A stretch of DNA of 51,901 bases, counting the filler, from Catajapyx aquilonaris (taxonomy: Eukaryota), in the NCBI GenBank assembly GCA_000934665.2. It is 2 parts of 2 records of this genome, joined end to end, with 100 filler letters (N's around TTAATTAATTAA, not from the genome) between each part and the next. Parts side by side here need not be neighbours in the genome. Positions count along the whole stretch, not along the records: positions 1 to 25,901 come from JYFJ02005289.1; 1 more part is not named here. One strand, written 5' to 3'. The first letter of the stretch is position 1; each line of letters begins with the position of its first letter. The position numbers and the translations under genes were made by a program. This document shows positions 13,234 to 25,349 of this stretch, in pieces. The notes under the pieces were generated by a model, which was not told the DNA's origin, searched no databases, and saw nothing but the letters and a program-made list of their open reading frames with translations.

Positions 13234-16200
13234 TCAGAGCAGCATTGTGACTGGCTGCTCCAAGTATTTCTTGAAGGCAGCTAACCACTGCGCTCCTACT
13301 GCACCATCCACCACTCTGTGGTCACAACTCAGGGTGACTGTCATGACCTGTGCCACACAGTACCTATTTACAAGAAAAATTGGTCTTAGTACTTTCTCAT
13401 AAAGCTGCAAGGAAAATAATGCAATTCTGGATGAAGGGAGAATGTGTATTCTGCCCTCAGATGTAAGAAGACCGTATCTCAAAAACTAGTAAGGATGCAT
13501 AAGTCGCATGCATGCCCTGCACTAATCCCCTCTGAGTCGGGGGGGATTAGCGCAGGGCATGCATGCGACTTTCACCCCAACTAGTTTTTGAGTTACGGTC
13601 TTCTTACATCTGACGGCGGTATTATCATCAGCATATTCATTCCGCACCTATTAATATGCAGACTTGATGAAGACTAGAAGGTTTTATGGTATTACTTAAC
13701 AAATTTGGAAATTCAGAGTGCATGTCATAACTAACAGTGATGAAAGGGCACCCTATGAAGCAGCAACTCCCCTTGTATAGTACCTATCCCACAGCTCCAT
13801 GCAAAATTGCAGGCCACGGTAGCAAGTTGCACTACTGAGAGGATGGTCATTTCGGCAAAGATTGAAAACTGTGGGAGTCTGCAAACAACATCCATCCATA
13901 TAACCCCCATTTCCCAATCTCCCTCCTACCACTACCCCAATACAATCCACTTCTGTGGTACATCTCCTTCCCTCTCTTTTCCTCTTTACCTATCCATTGC
14001 CTAAAAGCTCTTTTACTTTACTATGGAAGCACACTTCCAGGCTGCCGAATAATGGGGAGCATGATATTTGAGTCAAGTCAAAGAGCTCGTACTCTATGCA
14101 ACAGCATGCTGAAAAATATCATAAAATCCTCCTTACCCCTTGTCATTGTCAGAATCAGGCACCACTTTCGCTTCGGTGGAACCTACAGCCAATATGCAGG
14201 ACTGAGGTGGGTTGATAATAGCTGAGAAGCTATCCACACCAAACATGCCAAGGTTGGAGACAGAGAAAGTTCCACCTTGGAACTCGTGTGGTTGCAGCTT
14301 GCCCTCCCTGGCCTTCTGTGCTAGGCTTCTCACTTCTTCACCTATTTGCGCCACCCCCTTTGAGTCTGCCCCAAACACAATGGGAGTTATCAGGCCCTTC
14401 TCAGTTGACACTGCCACAGAGACATCAACGGACTCGTACTGACGAATCACAGTCTCCATCCAAGCTGAATTGGCTTCTGGAATCTTCTTGCATGCAGCAG
14501 CTGCAGCACGGATCACAAAGTCATTGACGCTCACCTTCCCTCCTGATTTCTCCAACTCCTTGTTAAAACGCTTTCTGAGTTTCATAACTTCATCCATTCG
14601 CACCTCACAGCTGAGGTAATAATGCGGGATGGTCTGCTTGGACTGTGTAAGCCGTTTGGCTATCACTCCACGGATGCTGGTCACCTGTTCATCAGCAAAG
14701 GAGGATGGAGCACCCGCACTTACGAATGAGGCCATTGACCCACCACCTGCAGCCATGCCAACAGAACCAGCAGAAGACAGATCCTTGGAGGTCACAGCAC
14801 CAAACAAGCCCGAGGCTTGTCCCACACTCTGGCCAAGAGCAAAGAAAACAACATTAGAGGATTACAATGAACAACCTGGATAACCAGTGATATGGACAGT
14901 TACTGTTGCTATCCATTACACAGCATGGTAACCTATGACAACTGTGGAGCAAGTAGTTGTTCAGGCTGTAAAGGCCATTTCACAAAAAAAAAAAACCGCG
15001 CGGCAAACGGCGCGCGTTGCGTCATATTTATTATTTATATTTATTATTGCCAATAATTAATAATAATTGGCGGGGCAGGCGTTTGCCGCTTGACGCTGCC
15101 GCAAAATCTTTTTGTGTTTTGGCCTTAATTCTTATTAGGACCTACGCAGATAGAATTACGGTACTCCTGCAGTTCTTTTTATCTGCCACCACTTTCAACA
15201 GCTCAGCAGTCCCAGGCACAATTATTGGTCAGTGCCATCACCTTGTTTCTCATTCAGCATTAAGACCCTTAGAATAAAGACACCTGGCCAGAATGTTATT
15301 CTTGATTACATCTGCAAAAATGTGTTATCTATCTCACCGAAATGTCAAGTCCCTGCTCAGCAGCCAGTCTCTTGGCAAAGGGTGTTGCAAATACTCTCCC
15401 TCCAGGTGATGGAGCAAAAGACGGTGCAGAAGGCTGAGGAGCAGCACTAGGCGCTGGTGGGGCAGATGGACGGGCTGGAGCAGCAGCAGAAGGAGGAGGA
15501 GGAGGAGGTGCCTCTGCCTTGGGAGCTGCTGCCACAGGCCCACCTGTGTCCTTGAAGTCCTTAAATGCTGCTACCTCATCCTCACTTTCCACTATAATGC
15601 ACACAAGCTGTTGGCATAAAGGAGTCGTTTTAATGTCACTTTTAATGCTTCACATCTATTGAGAAAACAAGAAATTAGTTTTCTAAATAATCCTTGTGCT
15701 AGCATTTGTTCCAAAATAACTCAAATACTGGGCACACAAATGAGGGCCTGTAAAATATTTACTAAAATAAACGTGACATAATTATATTATGAAACATGTG
15801 GTCTATTAGCATGTCACCACATGACATAAAGTGAATGCATGCTCACCCATCAGCAGTACGAAAATCAGTTGCATGAAGGATGTGTTCCAAAATTTAATTT
15901 CCTGCGTACTGCAATAATTTTTGGTGTAAGTTGTTCCTAATAATAATATGAGGTCATCTGAAAATCATTTTATAATAATTATTATCTATCAGCAGAGTAG
16001 TTAAAACCTGGGCCTGAAAGTCATGCACTTGAAATTTACACTTCAAACTTATCACAGGGGTCCTAGGGGGACCAACATATTTCTTTTTATGCCATAATGA
16101 TAGATGATGTCAAATTTTTTTGAGCTGCACACTGTTCACTAAATCTGAACATTAAGGAAATTAACAGGTGCACAATCACTTTTTCAATTGAGGTGCTCAT

Positions 16201-17728
16201 TGTCAGAGGAAGAACAGCATATCCCAACCGACCTCCAATTTTGAGATTTTAGTGCTCTCCTACCATCTACCTTTCATGTGCTGAAGTACCAAATGAATTG
16301 GGATATGTCAAAGCTCACAAATTCCACTTGTAAAATTGGTCTGTAATGGAAACACACACAAACCAAACACAAAAAGCAATTTTTCTCAAAATGAATTCCG
16401 GTTGGGATATGCCGTTCTTCCACTGAGCGCCTCAATTATTGTTATTGTGCCTGTTTGAAGCATTTGCCTTATTGTGACACCAACATCAGTGTTATCCAAC
16501 ATCAGAATTTTCAGTTAACAATCTCTGGCTCAAAAAGGGGACATGACTTACTTTTGCCATAAAAATCACAATCACAATATATTCTGGATGGTTTGTTGCA
16601 CCTTTTGTGGCAATTTCATAGATGTAAAGTTGCAAGTTCATAACTGTCACATCCAGAATTTTGCAACTTGGAATAAATATTTTGCAACGGAATATCAGAG
16701 TATTAGGAACAACTTACACAAAAGATTATCATGGTACAAGGCAAAATCAGTCATTTGAAGCACTTGCCAACATTGTCTAACCTATTGCTAACAGTGAGTG
16801 CACTGACTATCATCCCTCTCCCTCTTCCACAGAACAGTGGAGAATAATAACAGTGACAATTTCACATGAGCACTCCTTTCCTTATCCTAAACTTCATCAT
16901 TTCATCATGGCAGACTAATATGAAATCATGAGGAAAGTACAGAACATACCTTCCCTATAGGCACATCTTTGGACCCAGCAGGCACAATAATCTTGGCGAG
17001 GTATCCCTCCTCCGGGGTTTCAAATCCCATTGTGGCCTTGTCTGTCTCAATCTCAGCCAAAAGGTCTCCTTCGCTCAGCTTGTCTCCCTCATTCTTCCCC
17101 CAGGAGATGATGGTACCCATCTCCATGGTTGGCGATAGGGCAGGGAGGGCAACCTTCTTGTGGGATGGGTAGTCACCATCTGAACTGTATGCCCGATAAT
17201 GACAGTTCTGCAGGGATGCTGTGTGGCTTACTCTGGCCCAGCTGCAATTTAAAAGTTTTTTTGTTACTTAGCCAAAATGCATGGCCAGTTGGTATAAGAA
17301 ATAAAAAATTCATGTCATCAAAAATGGTTCGTGCAACCCTTGACAAAAGCCTAAGAAAAGTCGTAATTTCTAACTACAATGGCACTAAGCAATTCCTAAT
17401 GGTACTGATATGCGCATTGCATCAAACTTAAAAGAGTTCACATAGGCATTGTTTCTGGCAGTTATTACCATATTTTTGCACACAGAGCAGCATGCTACTA
17501 TAAAATAGGGGTGAGCAGCACACAGATATTAATGGGGCCCTAGCCTTGGTCTGGGATTTGGGATTTTTGTTCATATATAGCTAGCCCATGCCTGTAAACA
17601 CATTCCATCACTCTGTTGCACTATAATAATAATAACATAATAATAATAATAATAATAATAACAATCCTGGGGTAGTGCTTACACCCCCAAATGGGGGTAT
17701 ATCACACAGACCTTTATTTAATTTATTA

Positions 17729-17777
<49 letters not shown>

Positions 17778-20700
17778 GTACATTTGGAACCTATTTTTGA
17801 AGTGCCCGGGCCCAAGGGCAGGATGACAGGAGGGGATGTGCAAAGTGCAGTGCGCAGATTGATGTAGGTACATTTTGTGAACTCCCCCGGGTGGATATGT
17901 CTATTGGAGATTCCACCCGAGACGAAGCCACTCTGTTGCACTAAAATGACATTACTGGATAAATTACGGCATATTTAAAAGTGCCTTCAAAATTGGCGGG
18001 AAAAACAGGCCAGCCGAGTGGTGGCAATCGAAAGGTACACTGAAATGCCTGGTTGACTGCGAGAGATGAGGAATTTGTTTTTGAATTTACTGCAGACATG
18101 ACGGAAAACATTCGCAAGGCGGCTGTAGGCCATCAAGGTGGAGAAAGGGGGCCTTTATGTGACGATACAAGCGTAACACACGCTATATCAGCATGCCGGC
18201 CTGGCCACCAGATGGAAATTTTCAATAATCTGGTCACTTTCAATTTTCAGGCATTCCACTCTAAGAACAACAATACAGTATAGCTATTGCAAAACAACAT
18301 TTTAATTGGGCAATAATGTCCTTTGCACTGGCGAAGCTCCCATGACACACCCTCTTATGTCGTAAAAACCATGTTTTTTTCTGGATTTGGCTCAGATCCA
18401 TATCACTTAGAATCTCATATACTCGTATTGTCAGTCACTCCTTAAGGGAAAGCAGAAGAGGTGAGTATCCTTGAAATTTTTTCATGCAAACTAAATTATA
18501 AGACAGTGTGGATGTGTCAAAACCATGACAACTGGCAATGAGCATCAGGCATCAAGGAGATGAGTTGCACTGAAACTGTGTACTCAGGTGTCACAGCAAG
18601 TCACTGTAGTCAATTATAATTCAGTTAAATTCCATATGTCAGCCTATTACAGAATATTTGGGAAGACATTATCTCGACTGGGTTCGAGGGACGTAGCATA
18701 ACTCCAAAATTTTTCGTAATTTTGTACATACGCAGGTGGTCCCCAGTCATCCATGGTCGCAGTTTCAAAATATTTTTAAAATGTGAAATGAGAAAATTAA
18801 ATTTTTAAGATCCAACACATTTTTATTACAGCATGGTACTGTATTGTTATATGCGTAACTATCTTTTTTAAATTGTTAATTGTTTTTGTTGTTGTCTTAA
18901 TGTGTATAGTTTGTAAATTAAACTTATCATACTCATAGGCATGTACAGTATGTTTAAAAACTTGTATCATATAGTGTATAACATACTGCGCCAACTGTGA
19001 CTCAAGACATTTCCCAAAAATTGGTACTCATTGGGGAAGAAGGAGATGCAAGTTAACCCCAATCATGATGTCAAAATTTATAACACTTATGACCCCCTTG
19101 TCCATCTCCCTTGACCTAAGAGGGGAAGAAACACTGCAGCTGCGATCAGCAAATTGGCATTTGATTCTCATGCTACCATGGAACCAGGAAACTTGGTCAA
19201 TTCTCAAAAAAATTGTCTCACACCTGCTTACTAATGTACAAGTAATTAATGAAATGTGCCTCTACTACTGTAGCAGACCTTAGTTATTTACCTCTACTGC
19301 CCAAAAATTTTGTCGACAGAGAGAATTTCTCTGGTTTCTTTGGTTTAATACAATGGAACCTGTCTAACAAAAAATGTCGAGCATTTTTGGGTTCCTCAAT
19401 GACAGAAACCATGAATACAGCACAATCATACTAGATGAAGGGTGTTTAATAAATGAATAAAGCTGAAGGCATGGCAAAAAATGGGCATGAGTGGTAATAA
19501 CCTGGTGAGAAAATTACCCTTGTAGGCAAAACATTTGTGGGTCTCACAAAGTTGGCACTTGACAATCATATGGACTTGGAAAAATGCTAATTTACATATT
19601 AAAATATTTCCTACTTTAGTTTTGTCCAATACAGCAATATAGTGGAGCATCGATTATCCGAACACCGATCAACCGAACGTTTTCGGGTCGGCAAAAAAAA
19701 ACGAGCCTCGGCTCTCCAGCAAAAGAAATTGGCCTTTTTTCCCCCTAAACTGTAGGACTCCTTCATGTAAGGACAGTATTTTTAAGACGTGCCCGTAGAC
19801 GGAAAATATACAGTTTGTGGTTAATATCACTGTAGTTTCATATTGCCCCTATGACACCAGTACAATTTTGATCGGTTATCCGAACAATCAGTTATCCGAA
19901 CACCTCCTTGGCAGACTCTGTTCGGATAATCGATGCTCCACTGTAGTTCTAATACCGTAAATGACAAATGTAATGTGAATATTTTTGTAACAGATAAAGT
20001 TATCGATATGCTCCACACATGGATATGTAGAGGAAGGATGAGGGTACAAACCTCAATAAGACATCCATTGGAAAATCATTAAACCGTTTCTGCTGATACG
20101 GAAAACCTCAAAAACTGTCACAAGGTCACCCCCCTTCATACAGTAGTGAAGTGTCCATTGAATGTAGCAACTTGGCTATATAAACGTTCGGCCTTGCGTT
20201 CGGCTGTATTTACCATCTACAAGTAATACTGTAACTACTATTATTAAACACTAGAAAATGGAACATATTTTCTTGCCATGTGCAGCAGGATATGACTGCA
20301 ATAAAGAGCTATTGCCATATTCCTGCTAAGTGCACATACTATTCATGACTTTAATTCCGTGTGGCAGTCGGAACATGAGAGTATTTCTATTATTCCTTAA
20401 AAAATCGAGTCTCTGTCATTATGTGGGCCATCACTGAGGACCAAGGTCATAAATCACAACCACAGGCAGCGTGTTGGTGGCATTACATAATCGATAATTG
20501 GCCAATACACCACTATCGAGTGTGTGTGCATGGGGTCGCCCCCCATCCATCCCCAACTGTGACCTCTGCGCCAAGTCCTCTCTCTCACCTTGAGGATCCC
20601 CCCGCGATGGAACATCACCCCCCGCCGAAATACGGATGGTGGGACACACTGACCGTGCACACAACACCCCTAATATTCCGGGAGAGGATCCGTACCTAGG

Positions 20701-20898
20701 CCTGACCCCCCGACCGGCGGAGGCCCAGGTGCTGTTCGTTCGAGTGGTGTGGACATCGGCGGTGCAGGCCAGGACGGCCACGATCCTGGGCCGAGTGGCG
20801 GTGGCGGCCCTGCCCCCGGCAGTCGGGAGGAGCCTGGCAGCCGACCTGGAGGTGGTGGCCACCTGGGCCAGCACCAGAGGAGCCTTCCTCCACAGCAT
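13234..20898 (-). CDS. DLAT: Dihydrolipoyllysine acetyltransferase, pyruvate dehydrogenase E2, mitochondrial, 528 aa
   Basis: Exons 20898-20696, 17241-16950, 15607-15338, 14828-14137 and 13363-13234 total 1587 nt in frame. Arg-rich transit peptide, one lipoyl domain ([11 protein letters not shown]...ETDKAT), Pro/Ala linker, peripheral subunit-binding domain ([12 protein letters not shown]) and catalytic DHRVVDG. Confidence 0.96.
13453..13617. mobile_element. Palindromic MITE in DLAT intron 4
   Basis: About 75-bp arms TCAGATGTAAGAAGACCGTA..AAAACTAGT..GTCGCATGCATGCCCTGC / reverse complement; related copy at 33375-33460. Confidence 0.8.
14973..15124. mobile_element. Small MITE (Harbinger-like ends) in DLAT intron 3
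   Basis: GGCCA..CACAAAAA / TTTTTGTG..TGGCC ends with T/A-rich 3-bp flanks. Confidence 0.55.
16190..16433. mobile_element. Non-autonomous DNA transposon, Sola-like (GAG...CTC ends, AATT target duplication)
   Basis: TIR GAGG(T/C)GCTCA..GGAAGAAC(A/G)GCATATCCCAACC; AATT at 16186-16189 and 16434-16437. Confidence 0.7.
17624..17928 (-). mobile_element. 5'-truncated SINE (family A) with microsatellite tail and 15-bp TSD, DLAT intron 1
   Basis: Direct repeat CACTCTGTTGCACTA at 17609-17623 and 17929-17943. Body matches the 12.2-12.3 kb copy; contains (TAA)n and (TTA)n tracts. Confidence 0.75.
19640..19943. mobile_element. pogo/Tigger-like MITE in DLAT intron 1
   Basis: TA-flanked TIR (C/T)AGTGGAGCATCGATTATCCGAACA with subterminal TCCGAAC repeats. 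Confidence 0.8.
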
Positions 20899-21398
20899 CC
20901 TTCGATCCTGGGGCAGACCTAAAGGGAGTCACCGAATAATAATGAACGCTGCTCGGAGTGAGCAGCAGCCGATCTCCTCTGGCCCGTGGGTGGACTGGGG
21001 AACGCGGAACGGGGCGGTCCGAAGCGGATGGCGAACGGAACGGAATGGAATGCGCGGGAGAGTTTGAACCACCCTGGTAGACACCTTGCTTGGACACCTT
21101 CCTCTGAAATCCTGCCCATTCACCTACCCTTGTTCACGTAACTTCTAGTGTGCAAAAAAGCACCGTGCAGGAACCCACTCTATTCTGACGAACAATGGCG
21201 TGAATGTTATCTTGCATCATGGCTGGTGGTTTTAAATGCGGTAATTCCCAGACGTCAAGGAGGCTGCAGCAATCTCCCCATCCAAGACGGATATTGCTAA
21301 AATTACCGTACAGTACCACATAAATAAATAACCATTGGGCATTGCTGCAACAAAACTCGGTGTGTATCCGTATCATAGCAACGCGTGTGGTGTTCATC

Positions 21399-22236
21399 AT
21401 GCCGCCTAAAGCAGCCGCTCCGAAAAAAGGTACTGCTTCATGCTAGATATTCAGAGTATTAGACTGAATTGAAATTTACATTGTACCGTTGTAGGAGGAA
21501 AGAAGGTCCCGCAGCCACTGCGTCCGGGGCTGCCATTGACATTCCCTTACGGAACACAGTTTCGATTAGATTCCCACGGAGAGTTCTCTTTCCCTGCAGG
21601 AGACCATTACAAGGGAGGATATGCCTCTCTTCTGGTAGAAGACAGGCTCCATCGCCACGGTAAGGTAGCACTGGTCTGGGGAGAAATCATCCTTTCTAGA
21701 AATTGCACATTCCGACACTGGACATTAATTTTATAATGTCACAACGTCACAATGTCATGGAAGACTATTTTATATCTGTGCTTCCAGGAAAGGGACGGCA
21801 TGTGGCAGCAGATGGGTCCGTTTTCGATGGTTTTTGGAACAATGACAACATCACTCGGGAAGGCAGTATTAAATTTGCGCAAGGGAGTTCGTACAAAGGA
21901 AGTTTTCTGGATGGAAAGTACCACGGAAAGGGACGCTACCACTTTCCAGATGGCTCCATACTTCTGGCACAATTTAACAATAACCAAATCATAGTAACGT
22001 CTTTGAACACTTTTATGCCAGTTACAAAAAGAAGCTACACTGAACGTTTGTAAACAATGAGCTCTAATTACTTTCAGGGTGAAGTAAGCTATTCAGATTG
22101 CACTGGAGGCGAGTGGCAAGGAAAAGTGGAAGGAGAGGAGTTGGTATTAAGACGTCGAATTAAAATACACCGCCAATTTACCAACTACCGCCCTACCAAA
22201 TCAGAATATCACGAAAAGTGTGCATATCCACTGTAA
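21399..22236 (+). CDS. MORN repeat-containing protein (MORN2-like), 186 aa
   Basis: Exons 21399-21429, 21495-21659, 21788-21993 and 22078-22236 total 561 nt in frame. MORN motifs FPAGDHYKGGY, HGKGRH..DGSVFDGFWNND and YKGSFLDGKYHGKGRYHFPDGS. Confidence 0.85.
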
Positions 22237-22641
22237 ACAAACGTTAAATTCTAAATTCAGAATTGTTTATTACAGCTCTTCATACACATGTTATAGCAAT
22301 GTTTCGTACATGAATCATGTGAATAAGTAAAAAGGCTCTCTACAATATTTGATTATGTGTTGTCAGTGATTGATGAATAATGGCACTTTTATAGTTGAGA
22401 CACTAACTATGACGCTCAACTGACACCAGAAAGTATAACCTCACTTTCCATACAGTCTTGAAATGGGTTTATCAATCACTAATTAGGCTACGCAAAAGCA
22501 ACAATTTTCCAGTACAGTACGTGCAGTTCCTTAACTGCTGTAACATGGAACTATGACTGATTCGCATAAAAAGGCACTTCATATAATTATTTTATACTTC
22601 ATAACAATATTTTCACATAAGATAATAAAATAAAATTCCAC

Positions 22642-22768
22642 TCAGCATCTTGTACTCCTGCGAGGCTTTTTATGGACATCTTGTACCTTTCCCCTTACGT
22701 TGATGTCGGACATTTGATCCAGTTTTAACTTCGTGTATATCCTTCTTAGCGTTTCTGAAGGTAATAAT
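22642..22768 (-). CDS. Candidate alternative (distal) terminal exon of the SDR gene
   Basis: Acceptor ttttttctcatgcag in the same phase 2 as the 23204 exon. Encodes (R)LLPSETLRRIYTKLKLDQMSDINVRGK...RC*, which aligns without gaps to the proximal exon. Confidence 0.5.
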
Positions 22769-23107
22769 CTGCATGAGAAAAAACCAGTTGTAGAAATTAT
22801 TGATATGTAACATGTACAGTTGTAACTGACCTGTATGTGTTGGTTTACATCAATTTATATGCAAATAAAAGGGATGCGAGAAATGCCTCGTTTTTTAACA
22901 AAAATCTCAACTTGGCCATTTTTCAGGTAATCGACAAAAACGTGTCAGCGACATTTAACAGTAGTTTTTTTTCTTGTCGTAACGCTTTTGAATGAAAATA
23001 TTGCCGACATATTTTTCTTTCGACCCCTTCAAAGTTCAAACACGATGAAATCGTGCAAAAGCAAGCTAACGTACTATTCCAAATTACCTGTGCATCAAGC
23101 TTGTTAC

Positions 23108-23839
23108 TCATTGAGACTGATTTATGCGGCCTGTAAAGGTGTCCATGAATTTGTCAAGCTTTGTCCTTTTAGCTGCCTGACTGACCACTTCGTAAGGAAA
23201 CATCCTAGAAATCATGCACACACAGGAAAAGTTAATAACGCTAGGAGAAAACAAATTGGCTACAGTAAATAATAGGGACAGCACCAATACTACAAAGAAA
23301 GACCACACAACCTAGTTGAATGAAAAGTTCAAAATGAAATATAGATGACGGACAATATAATCAAGTAAGTCTAAGTTGGAGTTCGTAAGCGAATACCACT
23401 TACCGGTTACACAAGGCGACGTGGTACATATACTTTGGGATGTACAGCTCTCTCTGGTTGGACAGTATGGCAGCAACAACTTCATTGGCCACATGATGCG
23501 GGTCAAGAATCGGGAATAGTTCGGACTTGACTCCATCAAACATACCTGTGTTTATGTAGTATGGACAAACCAATGTCATGTTTATTCCTTTGCGTCCATC
23601 AGCCTGTGTTAAAAATCATACGTCACATTACGAACCATATGGGTTTTTTTTACTGATAATCTTCTGGCAGCACTTACGTCCAGCTCACGCTCTAATGAGT
23701 AGTGGTATCCGACGGCGGCAAATTTTGAAGAGCAATAGTCAACGAGCCTTGTCACACCTACGTGACCAGCCACGGAAGCGATCGTTACTATGTGTCCCTT
23801 CTCGGCTAATAGCATGTCCGGCAGGAAAGCCTTCGTTGT
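23108..23839 (-). CDS. Short-chain dehydrogenase/reductase, SDR16C (RDH10/RDHE2/HSD17B11-like); 3' exons only
   Basis: Exons 23839-23678, 23603-23404 and 23204-23108 encode [31 protein letters not shown] (YxxxK), [11 protein letters not shown] and MDTFTGR. The TGxxxGxG/NNAG exons were not found before the contig end. Confidence 0.9.
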
Positions 23840-24048
23840 CTGAAAATATGCAAAATAGCGAATTATTTTGAGTGTGAAGAGGTTTGTGGCCATTCTTTTC
23901 TGAACAAACACTAACATAACAGCAGCACCTGCACCTTGTTATGAGTCTGGGTTAACCCGGAAGATGTTGAGCGGCAACATCATGTGCAAACAATCGCATA
24001 TGGCCTCCTTGAGGTCCATCAAGTTGATTTTGCGGTCTTTGAGTATAG

Positions 24049-24060
24049 TATATATTTAAG
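24049..24060 (+). promoter_or_regulatory. TATA-like box upstream of the serine protease
   Basis: TATATATTTAAG about 30-40 bp before ATG 24089. Confidence 0.45.
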
Positions 24061-24088
24061 GCAGAGAAGAGGAAGTGGCAGCTGAGCA

Positions 24089-25216
24089 ATGGATCCTTAC
24101 GGGTTCGTCACTCTTATCCTGCTGTGGGGAGCCATCGCTCTCCACCAGGCCTCTTGCTATGATTACATGGGCAATTACCGACGACCCCCTCTGGAGATGG
24201 ACACTCCCGTCAACATCGACCAAACCTGCCGATGCGGGCAAGGAAAAGAAATGCCCAAGGTAATTGGAGGCTACGCAGCGGTCAAGAACTCCAGGCCATG
24301 GATGGCAGCTCTCTTCAGAAGCGGTCAATGTAAGTATACCATTCAGATAAGTTTCGTGTAATGCACTGCCTGATTTTCTTTACATGCTCTCTACAGTTTT
24401 CTGCGGAGGAGCCCTGATCAACGATCGTGACATCTTGACCGCATCACATTGCGCGGACGATGCTCCTACAGGCAACATGACTGTGCGGTTAGGTGCTCAC
24501 ATGCTGAATGAATCGGAGCCGAACGCGGTGGACAGGCAGGTGGCACTTATTACCATGCATCCGGACTTCAACCCAAATACGCTGGTTAACGACATTGCCA
24601 TCCTGCGCATGAGTACTCCGGTCACTTTTAATGAATACATCAGTCCCATTTGCCTCCCGCCGTCCGATGCTGGACAGTACGAGTGGGAATGGGCTATACT
24701 GGACGGATGGGGCCTTACAACATACATGGGTACGCCTTCTCCCTATCTGAAAGGTAAGTACAGAGTACTATGCATCCATATATTACATGTATATTGAGAG
24801 TTACACTACTTTATGTCCGGGAAGAAACAACTGTGCAGATCCAGAGCAACCTAATGTGTCAGATTGTTCGCCCAGTTCCTCAGTTCACAATTCAGCCGTC
24901 CAACATTTGCGCCAACAAGTGGGTCGCTACACCTTTTTAGGTAGATGGATAACAATACTAATGAGACCAAAATAATTGCAGACCTGGCTGGATAACGTAT
25001 GAAGGTGCATGCAACGGGGACAGCGGCAGTGCCCTGATCGTCTTCAATGCAGAGAAGGAGCAGTGGGACCAAGTGGGCATTGTGTCCTACGGTACAGGAC
25101 TGGACTGTGGAAACCCGTACACTCCGGATATCTACTCTCGCGTCACGTCTTTCAAGGAGTTTATCCGGAAGAACACTCCTGAAGCCATTTATTGCAATGG
25201 AACTTCTCTGAATTAG
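24089..25216 (+). CDS. Secreted S1A (chymotrypsin-fold) serine protease zymogen, 308 aa
   Basis: Exons 24089-24329, 24397-24753, 24825-24918 and 24982-25216 total 927 nt in frame (the exon 3 acceptor is weak). Signal peptide, CG-containing propeptide, K|VIGG activation site and triad motifs TASHC / NDIAIL / GDSGSAL. AATAAA at 25252. Confidence 0.92.
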
Positions 25217-25349
25217 AAGATGAATTCACTTATCCTCTGTAGTCGACAGCAAATAAAAGTATTGGCATTTATTGTAGACTAATATCTAACTGACTATACA
25301 TGCATTGGGAGCCTGTGACTGGGATGGTTTTCAAGTTTAAATCATAATA

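Noticed and set aside
16950..17241. DLAT with only one lipoyl domain
   Set aside because: Single-lipoyl E2 is normal in many invertebrates and fungi.
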